64,000 nt of DNA, from contig DF236980.1 in NCBI GenBank assembly GCA_000708835.1, forward strand, positions 62,001 through 126,000, written 5' to 3'. The notes beneath the pieces were generated by a model, which was not told the origin of the DNA, ran no database searches, and saw only the letters and a list, made by a program, of their open reading frames with translations. Shown here piece by piece: positions 1-10,852 of the stretch. The translations under genes and the position numbers were made by a program. Within the stretch, counting starts at the first letter, position 1, and each line of letters opens with the position of its first letter. Origin of the DNA: Klebsormidium nitens (taxonomy: Eukaryota > Plantae > Klebsormidiophyceae).

Positions 1-518
1 TTGAAGGCTACTATTTAACTTGGTAGCCACCGTCCGCAATTGTAAACCCTCTGAACCTCGTCCGGACAAGATGTCGTGCGCCGCGCGGCCGCGCCAGCGC
101 TTCAGCCTCCGACTGCCAGGCCAACTCAGCTGCAATGCGTGAAGGACTGTGCCAGGCTCCTAATCACTCCTAATACGCGAAGTTGATAAGTATCACCTGA
201 GTTCTGTTGCGCTGGCGTGTGCTCTACTACCTAAATGAGAAAACTAGAATAGAGAGCGACATTCCCGCAACATAGAAAAACAGCTTGTTTATCTTCGCGG
301 CTTGTAAAGGATTTTGACTTGGCGTCTCAGTGCGGGCCACTTGCCTAGCCAGTGGTCTGTGCTCTACTAGTAGAGTTTCTCTGCAACCAAAGTCTAAAAG
401 GATCCTACCATTGGAAATTCTCGTACCCGTCATATAGGCACGCTCCTTGTGGTAGATCTTTAGAATCTTCACGGCGACGGTTGATTTCATTGCAGTCCTC
501 CGAATCATAGTACGGCAG

Positions 519-2809
519 ACTCCATAAGAATAGAGAATCCTGCGGTCAGACGTTTGATACTTTGCCTCTGAATGTGATTCCGGAAGGGAAGACTGGACAT
601 GGGCCGGGGAACTTTTGGCTGAAGTCGTCTTGGCTAAACTCGGGCAACGATACAGATTCGGAAGAAGAGGGAGACAATCTCCACGATGTAAGGAGACCTG
701 CCGCTGGAAACGGATCCACTGCCAGCGGTTTGTTCACCGAATCGAAGTGCTATGACTTTGCCTTCGCATACGGGTAAGCCTTGCAGATAAGGTTCCAATG
801 AGATGTTCCAACTTCTGCATCATTCGCATATTGTTTCAAAGATGCGAAGCAGGCAATTGATCTTTGGACACAAGCACGAGGCTTCTCATGGCAACCTGTA
901 ACCCTGCTTGATAGAGTCTACAGATTCTTGCTTTGGCTCCTTAGGGAGATTCAAAGCAGACATAGGATTGCAGTACGTTGTCACAACTGATCCATTTCAT
1001 CGCATGATGAATCTCCGCATTAAATTGGAGCTTACTGCGAGAACAACCTCCGCTTTATCACCTTAATTTTCATTCTTTACTTACAATTGCAGCGATCTCT
1101 TCTTCAGCGACAGGGTCCTCTGGTTGCGGAAAGTGGAGACAAGCACTGAAGGTGAGCACCATGCGGATCTATGTGGCAGACACCTTCACTGTAGAGTATA
1201 CACTAGTCGAAAGAAGAAGGTACTAGCAAAGAGATGGTAGACATGAAACCTTGTTGACAGGAGCTCTTTGAGTCCTCTGCTCTCTTCACCTAGTGTCAAC
1301 AGGAGTATAGCGATCTTTATTTTGTTTCCCATATCCTTGAAGAAGTCTACAAAATGCAAAAAGATACTGAAGTTCGTTAATGAACAACGGTTTGTTCTCC
1401 TGCAGCAGAACAGACACTTATTGAAGAGGACGTGCCTATCAACAGTGCCATCTTGGCGTCCAAAAGCGGTGTATTCAGGACCATGCTCTCCAGCGGTATG
1501 GCAGAGTCTAGAAAGGATTGTGCCATCATCATCAGGATGAGCTGCAATGACGGTAAGACCCTGCACATCTTCTGCGATGTTCAAAGAAGACTGTGAGCTC
1601 TGGAACAATACGAGCCGTCTCAACGAACCGCCCTACGGTTATTGCATATGTTCGACTTCTCTCTTGAGTATCTCCTTTAGTTCCTTTTATTTTGATTGAA
1701 CTGCTCGCTCAGAAGGTCTTTGTTGCTTTGCAGAGAAGCAGTCCTTCCTGGAGATGATACGATTCATCTACATTGGCTATCTGTCGACCTCCAGCCTGGC
1801 TGGTGCAGAACGCGCTAACGAGCTATTGCGGCTGCTATCAGTTGCTGACAAGTATGGGGTCCCGAGCTTGGTCAGAGCCGCCAGTACCGCTTGGGGAAGG
1901 GTGCTCGGTGATGTCGATCTGCTGCAGTACGCTGCATTCCGCCTACCCCAGGAGTACCAGTTGCAGTACCCTCAGATTCGGAAGCTCCAGGGAGAAGCTC
2001 GCGGATCTCTCTTCCGTAGATTTTGGAATGTCCGCAGCTGGGATCACTTCCCGCTCAAGAAGCTAGGCCGGGAGGCTGTTGTCTTCTTGCTCTCAAAGGA
2101 TGAGCTTGGAGCGGACTCGGAAGATGACGTGTTTCTACGCGCGTTGGAGTGGGTCAGAAGTTCTCATGACACGATAGAGGATCGACAAGAGGCTATGCTG
2201 GAGCTGTGTACGCATCTCCGCTTTGCTCATATGTCCGGCGAGTTCATCAAAGACCAGGTAGTCGAAGCTCCGGAAATGCAAACCCCTGGTGTGCAACGTT
2301 ACGTCATGGAAGGCCTTTGCTATGCCGCATCCTCGCAGTCAATCAAAGACTCGACAGAAGAAGGCCGGTTCCAGAAGCGAAGGGGTCCAAACTTTGAGGT
2401 CTGCTTCAAAGCCAGGTTGGAGAAGAATGCTGCGGAGGGCAGCCAGCAATACTCGCCCATCGTGGTAAGCCACTTCCGGAAGTGGCAACTGCTCGTTCAA
2501 AGGGATAAGAGTGCATCCGGTTCAAGCACGGTCGGAGTGTACCTAGCAGCTGGTGGGAATAAGGAGGAGAAGCTTGTGTTAACACCAACTCGAGTGTCGG
2601 TGAAGCTATCTGCCAAGAATGTAGTGACCGGGAATTGGATCCAACGTCGGGAGCCATACGAGCACGTTTTCAAACCGACCGAAACAAGTTGCGGGTACAA
2701 AGACTTGTTTGGTCTATCTTGGGATGCAGTGCCTGGGGTGGGAGTTTGGGTAGAGGCCTCCGGCGAAGTCTGTCTAAAAGCTGAGGTGACTTTGTTATCG
2801 TCCACTTGA
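519..2809 (+). CDS. BTB/POZ-BACK domain protein, LRB/POB1-like; exons ~519-773, 1093-1151, 1406-1552, 1734-2809; start codon not resolved
   Basis: Phase-consistent splicing gives YDFAFAYG-DLFFSDRVLWL...INSAILASKSGVFRTMLSSGMAES...EKQSFLEMIRFIY (BTB), then a BACK segment (DSEDDVFLRALEWVR, LRFAHMS) and a C-terminus GYKDLFGLSW...LKAEVTL resembling LRB/POB1. Family assigned from recalled motifs; the 5' boundary is approximate. Confidence 0.85.
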
Positions 2810-4765
2810 AGATCAGTCGAATTCGTAGGATTCTCGTTTTGACTTGGTATGCCACTTTTACAGGGTGTTAGCAAGATGTTTTGTAACGCCATCGCCAAGA
2901 AAACTCATCGTCATAGAAAGGAGATATGTTGGGCACGCCTGCGGATAAGAAGTGCGACAGCCGTCATGCCCATCTGCTACTTCCCAAGAGATATATTCAT
3001 AGGGGTCAAGTATGCATGCAAGAAGGCCGCTTCGACAAATTCTAAACGACATATTGACCTGAGGATCCGTAAGCATCAAGCTATGATGCCATGCAACCGT
3101 TATGTTGGGACAGTAATGTGTTATTGAGATCTGACTCGGCTGCCATTTGATCAATTTGAAGCTCAGATTGGGGACGATAAGTGCGGTTCAGATCTAGGCT
3201 CAGGCGTAAGGCTGATAACCCCCAGTGGCCACATGCGCATGATCGTGTACATGGCCGTATTTGTCATATGTGTTCCATTGATCTCTTAGTTGGCGCTTGG
3301 TCAATGGCGGCATCCGATCCAATTATGTAGATTCTCCAACATCATTGACCAAAGCTCTGAGGAGATGATCTTCTCGATCATGCGCAGGCGCCATCACTGC
3401 AGGAAACATGAGAGTACTCACATGCAGCCTGCACACAGGCATGCGAGTCGGACACTGTGCAGAAAGTAGATAAGTTATAGCGGGAAGAAATTTGCAGGAT
3501 TAAGCAAGTGTCATCTTAACCGCGTATAGTAAAAATGCATCATGTGCTCGTGTTAAGTACTGAGCTGCGTCGATTATGAAAGCTATAGAGTCTTTGAACT
3601 GCATTGCAGTACGTGCTCCATATAAAAAGGCATGTGGCATCAGATCGCGCGTGGTACACTATTGTGGGCGGGAAGCGTGCACGGACCGTTCGTAACAGAG
3701 GCGGCAGCCTGGGTCGGCGATCATTGCTCACGAGTCATGGCACAGTACCAAACCAGAATCCGATGTATGCACATAAGTGACGGTCCGACACGCAAGGCTG
3801 AAAGTCGTCAGCAAAGAGATGCCGAAACACGGCGTCGGAACGCTCGGTGAAGGGTTTACAAGTGAAGGCAGCAATCGGGAGGCCGCTGAGGGGCCGCTGG
3901 AGGCACGACTATTCTCTACAGAATGATGCATGATTGCCTAGCGGCATCCGCTTGGAATTTGGGCTGCCTTGATGTGCTGAACCAGACTTGATCGAGCTCA
4001 GAGGCAGTGGACAACTGCGGCTTCCACTTATTTCTACTGCGTCCGACTTGCCTCACTGAGCCTCTCTTGCAAAGCATCCATCCACCCACGCCCTTTCTTT
4101 ACGATAATACGCTTCGGCAACCCGTTCAGAATGAAACCACACCTCCAACTCCCTATGATCGAAGCAAGGACATCTTTGAAGCCCGAAGATTGGCAGTCTA
4201 TTACAACCTCCCTTTGCTGCGAAGACGGGGTTGATGAAGGTCCCTGTACAGCAAATAGAAAGGGGTCCTCAAAGGCAATCTCCCGGAGAAGATTCGTCGA
4301 AATTGAGTGACTCGCGACCATACTCCCCACCTGTCAGTTCCAAGGACCCAACTTGAACATGTTCGTGTGCACCCTTGCTGGCTATGTAGCGATTCGAAAT
4401 GCGAGAAACCGGCGAAAGCCGGCAGAAACTTTGCATATGTGACGGTACAGGCGTCTCTGCAGCATAAGCTCATCACTTGCCGGAGGCTCGAGCCTAATGA
4501 GATGATTTCGAAAGATGGATGGCAAGAGACGGCGCACTCTGTGGCACAGTCTCCTAAGTAGTCTCCAAGTGACGGCCGCCTGATTGTGACGACGTATGAC
4601 GTCACCCGCCTCACGAAGCGAAAACGCGACCCAAAACCGGTGCCCCTCTCTGTCAGCCGACCGCGGGGCTCGATCTCCACGTTGAGAAACTACAGAGTAC
4701 ATGGACTGTGGTACAAACTCATGGGGAAGTGGAACAGCGGAGCTAAGGGAAGGGCGCGCACTTAC

Positions 4766-7700
4766 CTGCAAACTCTGCGATGGAGGCACGCTCAACGTGA
4801 GGTCCCCCCCCTCCATGTGCAGCTCTAGCAGCTCGGTCTTTTCGGTCAACTGGATGGTAACGTCTCCGCCGGACGTCCGCAGGCGCGCGGCTCTGCCGGG
4901 AAAAAGCGGTCGCGAAAAATCAGAGGCATATTCCCCCGCGAGGATTTAGAGCAATATCTTGCCGCGTAAATCAGAGGCTCATCGTGCCACAAGACTCGAC
5001 TGAGGTCGGTCATGGGCAAACGCACTCAAGCCAACCACTCAACAGAGTGCTACGCGAACGATTGCACTGCAGGCGACAGGCAGCGTCTTACTTTGGAGTA
5101 GCAGTAAAGAGGCACAGATCGTCCCATTCTCTGGGCACAAGATCAAAACTTGCTCAAGGATCCGCCAGAAAAGGAGAGACGCCGAAGAACCCGGTATCTC
5201 TTCCACTGATGCCGGGAATTCTGATGTCCAGGGAAAGCGGAAAGACTGGAGACTCACCCGTCGAGTTTGTCGACTCTTATGTCACCAGTCCCCGCCTCAA
5301 TCTGCATATACGGATCCTGCTTCTCAGCCCCTTTTCCCTAATAGCGCCTTTTTTGAAGGGCAAACGCTGTATTGTTAGTACCGTCCTTTTGTCATTGTCC
5401 TCTGGCTCTTCGTTTACGAAGCATTATGGTCACTCACAGACGGCGGCACTGATTGCAAGCCATTGCAGATGCATACGCGATGGAGATGGGGCCATAAGCG
5501 GGCTTTGTTTAGTGCAACAGTGTCGATGTAATCAGAGACTTCGCAACTTCTTGCCAGATCTGCCCAGTGTCCGACTGATCAACCGTCGCACTCCTTTTGC
5601 GCGCTGCTTATCACGTGCTGATAAGAGTCACAGAATCGTCTTCCCAGAGAGAACTGCGTGCTAGGACATTACAAACACAAAATTCGTCTGTGGACGGCCC
5701 GCTCATTTTGGTTCTGCCGCGGGCTGGTGTAAGTAACAGAGAACTCCAAAGGGCTACAAGTCTATTACAAACAAATGCTGGTATTTGCGCAACGCTGGAT
5801 CAGCTTGACGGTACGCCAAACCAGCAACCAGTGAACAAGCGCCAGGCAACGGCAGCGGACAAGATAGATAAACCTTTGGAACCTCGTAAGCCCGTGACGA
5901 GTACCGAATTGGCAGCGAAAGCGGCTGCGGGGCCTACCCGAACGTTCGGTTCCACAGTAGAGCGCACGTTTCTGCAGACTCGGCGAAGCGCAGCCCGAAG
6001 TAACTCAATCCTCGGACACTCAACCATTCTTGAGGGAAAACAAATACACGAGCGGAAGCGGACTCCCGGACTTACCCGGACGTTCGGTTCAAAACCGGCT
6101 GACGTTTCTGCAGGCTCGGCCCGGCGCAGCCCAATGGAACTCAATCTTCGGACACTCGTTTTCTTGAAGAAAAAAATGACTAACAGCAGAGGTGGACGCC
6201 CGGACTTACTCGGACGTTCGGTTCCAAACCGGCGGACGTTTTTGCAGGCTCAGCGGAGAGCAGCCCGAAGCTGCCCAGCGTCTCTATGTGGATGTTGCCC
6301 CCCTGGAATTCAGGTCGAAGGACTCTGCAACAGGATGACATCTGCTTACTTTGATGCGGATAGATGCATGGGTTTTTGATTGGATGGAAGGACACGTCAG
6401 CAGTGGCGTCTCAATGTGGATGTTGCTTTTCTCGGAGTTCGGGTCGAAGGACTCTGTGACGGGTTGTTATCTGCTTACTTTGTTGCGAACAGTTACATGG
6501 ATTTTTCTGATGGATGGAAGGACACGTCAGCAGTGCGACTCGATGTGGATCTTGCCCCCGTCGGACTTCAGGTCGAAGGACTCTGCAACAGGTCGGTGTC
6601 TGCTTACTTTGTTGCGAAGAGGTGCTTCGATTGGTTCGAGAGGATGGAAGGACACGTTTGTGGTGTTTTGACACAGTGACAGCGGGGTTTGCAGTCGCTT
6701 CGAGACTCTACGTGCCCTTTTGGTTGCATCAGCGAGCGACCAAAATGCCGGGAATACATGGTAGATGGTCGCTAAGCGATGTCAGGCGTAAGGAGGATCA
6801 CGACGCTCCTTTCATAGAAGGATGCCGAGCTGTTCGAAGAGGCTCAAAACTTGGCCGGCTTAACATCAGGGTCATTATCAGACTCCTGCAGAGATGACGT
6901 TGCCTCCGTGAAGATTGTCCGAACAGAAGACGATGAAGCGTCGTTACTGTGTTTGATCAGTTATTCCTGACGAGCGCAAGCCGTAGCCAGCTGTTTGAAA
7001 CAAACCCTCTCCACGCATACTGTGTGACAGCTCAGTTTACGAGAGCCGGCCTCGAGTTCTAACGAAAGCACGGCGAAACCTTGCTTAGACACACTTCCGA
7101 AGACAGTGAAAACTTAGACGCCAAGGCCTCACCGTCTGTTTTTCGCCATTCAACACGATCGGGTTTTACCCAGGGGTCCAGGCACCACAAAGGCGGCCAC
7201 TTCGCTGCATCCACAAATCCTGCTGCTTTTCTTACTCTCAAGAATGAACCCCTTAGCCTGCTGGCTACCAGAACATTAATTGGGTAGGTCACTTCAAAGC
7301 AGAAAAAGGAGCAAAGAAAAGAAGCGGGTCGCAGAATGACAGCTCTCACCTGCGTATACGGACCTGATTCTGCAATCGCCGCCCCCGCTGTCAACAGTCA
7401 CCTGGTTGCCCATCAGCTGGCCAAGCGACAAGACCCCTCCCTGTGTGTCCAGTGTAATGGAACCCGACAGCTGCAGAATCCTTGAGGCCTCTCTTAGATG
7501 TGGAAAGAGAGTCTTTACGAGATACGCGGTTTTGAGATGCTTCATCCCTTTTAACCACTTCGGCAAGATCACTCTAAATTTCACCATAGGACGCTTTTTA
7601 ATTGAGGTAATTTGAGACCGTTCAGTTAATCTCTTCTCTACACAACAGCCGCGCCCTTCCTATGCAGGTTCGACTATACAACGGTAAACAAACAAGCGCG

Positions 7701-10191
7701 CCTTTCTGGCATGAGGGTGGAAGGAGACGTTGAAGATGTCGAGATTCTTAAAGCCTAGCAAAATCAGCGGGTTCTTGCTGGCATGCATTGTAACGTAAGT
7801 TGTAGCTCCAGAACCAACCCCTCCCCGAGTACAGGTGGATACCGGTGGGTGCGACCGCGGAGCGAATAATGTTTTAGTTGAGGTGCCCGGGGCTTCTTAC
7901 CAGAAAGTCTGCTCGTTAATCAAACAACGTTAATAGAGTAGGGGGTAAGAGTAACTTACCAGCTTTGCTTGTAGTGGCCCCCCCCGGGTGGTGACGGTTA
8001 CGTGCTCGGATCGAATCTTGCCTGCAGGCACGGTTCCAAGAGGACAGGGACATCAGCACAACGGCAGATCAACGGACCGACGAAAGCCGTCCAAGAGAAA
8101 TAGCGTCGCTACTTGGATTAGCTGATCAGAAAGCCACAATTGGGAGGCGTGCAAGGAGGCAGGGTACCGTTGGAGAGATTGTGTAGAGCAGGAGTAATCG
8201 TCTACTCAAAATGGCGTTGTCCCAAGTGTAAAAGGCGCGCTCGACGCCCAATTTGATACCGGCATGTTTGTCACCATACTTGGCTTTGACAAAATCCTTC
8301 GAGCAAGTTGCCATCTTAAAGTAGTGCTAGAAGAAAGCAGGCATTGGGTTGAACCAGTACGGAAAAAGACTAGATACCAAGGGGCAAATATCTGATGGGT
8401 TTTGACAGTTTTCATCAATCGGGCCAACGTGCAAAAGACGCCCGAAGGGCTGCTCAGCCGCGTTGTGACTCCTAAACAGGCTGGATCTTTCAGAAAGGGC
8501 TTCTCACCTAAGTCAACGGCTCCGCCAGTGGTCTCTACTTGCAAGTCGCCTTGATTCTGCAGGAGATTGGTCAGTTCTGTTTGTAAGTGAAGTGGGGCTG
8601 TCAAGAAGGCAGGGAGTAAGGTAGAAAAGGCACAATCAGCTGCTCGAACATCATAGCAGTTCAATAATGAACATTATGATGATAGTAATCGTTGCTTCTA
8701 CAACCTCAAAGTACAGGCCTTTTGTCAAACTTCCTGGATACAGGACACAAACAAAAAATGCTTTAAGAGTCTACGAAGCGGAAAGAGCAGTAAGGAAAGC
8801 GGGAGAAGAGGAACTGGCAATGAGAACACTCCTGTCTGACACTCATATAGAAGGATTGACCGCAGAGGCACTTACAATGTTCGCCACTGAGACGCTGCCG
8901 AGCCCGCCTTTCACTTCGACGGTGCAGAACCGCTCAGGTACCCAGACTTGTATGAGATCTTTCAGTTCATCCCCAGCCGAGATATCTGTAACGATATGGG
9001 AAACAATCATTTGCGATTTAAACCACATGGGACAGTGTTTGAGGAGTGGAGGAACAAAAACCGTGCTGATGCAGTACTCTCAGAGCCTGTTCACTGTGCA
9101 GTGCGCATCCAATATGTGACCATGACATGAAAGTGGAAGAAGTTGATGCTATATAGTGGGACACAACGTACAGCGGTCGATATGAATGCGTGTGAACAGC
9201 CACAAACAGAAAGTCTTCATCCCTCGAGTTCTCAGAAGCTACCAGCCTTTGCGGAACTGCTTACGTATAGTGTTCTCTTGTGAGTCCAGCTGTAGAGAAT
9301 CGGATCTGCATTGCACCGTCACAGCCTCTGGGTCGGAGTTGACCCCCACAGAGATCCCTGGGGCTTCTGGGGGCAGATTTACCTGGACAAGGTAAGGCAG
9401 ACATGCTGATCAACCCCGGCATTGACCGCGCCGGTCGCTTCAAAAGGATTGTTAAGAGGAGTCAGGGCCTTACCTGAGAATCGTAGGATCATAGTAGCTG
9501 CAGGCATCAGACATGACAGCCAGCTTTTCATGAATGTTCCTCACTACATCAATCTGGCACCCATTGAACAACCTTGCAAGGTCAGTATCACCATGGTCCT
9601 CATCACCATGATGACTTTGCTGCCAAATGTCCAGACATTATCTAGGCATCTTTGTAGAGCGCCTATGATGTTCAGGGTGGTGCAATTCAACAGAAAGCTG
9701 ACAGCACACTAGTTGCAAAGTCTCCATTTATTGAGAAGGAGGACTGAAGTTGATATTGCAACCAAGCTTTGTGCACACCACCCTCTGGAGATAGTAGAGA
9801 GCTTCCTCGCAAGCACAGGGAAGGGAAACCCTGGCTTCCCTGCAGTCCTCGCACCCAAGCCCAACTTATCAGCACAGCCAGCAATGCTCGGGCTTACCAA
9901 GAGCTTACTCCCCACTGCCACCGGAAAGTGCCAGCTTGCTTGAGCCTCCGCTTGCTGCTCTGTGGCCTGTCCGCTGAATTGACGAACAAACTGAGTGTGG
10001 CCTGGAACAACTGGCGCGGATAGCAGAGGTCCAAGCAGAGATGTCTGCGCCCTGTCGTTTGCCTGATCACATTGGGCGATGCTGATCGAGGCGCAATGCT
10101 GCGCTGCCACTGCTGATAGGGCGGGCAGTTGGGCAAGCACACGCTGCCAGCGTGTGATGGCTTGCCTGGCGAAATGTTTTGGAAGCGCCAT
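4766..10191 (-). CDS. FAM185A: FAM185A-like DUF4097 (adhesin-like beta-solenoid) protein with probable mitochondrial transit peptide; exons include 10191-9898, 9382-9265, ~8983-8875, ~8557-8509, ~8027-7961, ~7470-7352, 6324-6210, 5301-5258, 4892-4766; 3' exons below 4766 unresolved
   Basis: Spliced product has repeated (T/S)xGG(D/N/A)(V/I/L) units: VETTGGAVDLGKIRSEHVTVTTRGG, LDTQGGVLSLGQLMGNQVTVDSGGGDCRIRSVYA, IEAGTGDIRVDKLDGAARLRTSGGDVTIQL. The N-terminus MALPKHFARQAITRWQRV...VRQFS is Arg/Ala-rich. One exon needs +1 nt in a G run to keep frame (see findings). Confidence 0.8.
5900..6270 (-). repeat. Three ~134-138 bp tandem units, each the 3' end of the FAM185A-like exon plus 5' splice donor
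   Basis: Minus-strand units end CCGAACGTCCGA|GTAAGT (6210), CCGAACGTCCGG|GTAAGT (6076) and CCGAACGTTCGG|GTAGGC (5938). Confidence 0.9.
6285..6665 (-). repeat. Three 129 bp tandem units, each an intron 3' end plus acceptor plus start of the FAM185A-like exon
   Basis: Minus-strand CAG|AGTCCTTCGACC at 6582, 6453 and 6324, an exact 129-bp spacing. Confidence 0.9.
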
Positions 10192-10512
10192 TGCTGGTAC
10201 CAGGATGAGATTCTGAACACCCAGGGCCGTAGCGAAGTTCGATGTTTTGTCTCGAGACCCAGCCCGTCTTCCAGAAAGTGCAGTGTGAAAGGAGCTCGAA
10301 CTGGCTCCAAGCTGCCGTTTCTGGGGGCCGGTCGAGCGAGGCCACTGTTTGCAGACTACAGAAAGGGTGGGCCTCGGTAGCCGTCCGGTGCCTGCGGGGG
10401 AGTTTCTGAAGACGTCTGGACGCATTCACACTTATTGTTCTTCTCCGGTGCATGCGTCATGAGAGCTCTCGAGCGCTGCATTTGAGATTTGGCTGCACTC
10501 CGGTACTACCGT

Positions 10513-10752
10513 NNNNNNNNNNNNNNNNNNNNNNNNNNNNNNNNNNNNNNNNNNNNNNNNNNNNNNNNNNNNNNNNNNNNNNNNNNNNNNNNNNNNNNNN
10601 NNNNNNNNNNNNNNNNNNNNNNNNNNNNNNNNNNNNNNNNNNNNNNNNNNNNNNNNNNNNNNNNNNNNNNNNNNNNNNNNNNNNNNNNNNNNNNNNNNNN
10701 NNNNNNNNNNNNNNNNNNNNNNNNNNNNNNNNNNNNNNNNNNNNNNNNNNNN
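10513..10752. other. Assembly gap (N run) in the divergent FAM185A-like/SRPRB intergenic region
   Basis: Run of N. Confidence 1.
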
Positions 10753-10852
10753 TTTAACCTTTCCGAATTTCCACTTTCCGAATGAGAAATCCGAATTTCA
10801 TTACCTTGGACTACGGTAGTAGGGGCCAAAGAACTGTGGTAGCGCCGACAAG

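Noticed and set aside
1331-1340. ATATCCTT, a U12-type donor-like motif in the BTB intron
   Set aside because: The intron is fully explained by canonical GT-AG sites in correct phase.
2858-3154. LLACILDPY motif reminiscent of hAT transposase
   Set aside because: A single short motif with no other transposase features or terminal repeats.
3618-3630. TATATAAAAAGG-like TATA box on the + strand
   Set aside because: No recognisable downstream gene or small RNA.
5930-6665. Regularly spaced repeats, here and at 36215-36720, superficially like a CRISPR array
   Set aside because: The units are homologous along their whole length with no unique spacers, there are no cas genes, and the context is eukaryotic intron.
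5597-6679. 260-aa and 99-aa plus-strand ORFs with apparent 43-46 aa repeats suggesting a nested repeat protein or transposon
   Set aside because: They are the antisense reading of duplicated FAM185A-like splice junctions; the repeats are explained on the minus strand.
10452-10829. ORFs made largely of X here and at 31025-31940
   Set aside because: Artefacts of translation through N gaps.
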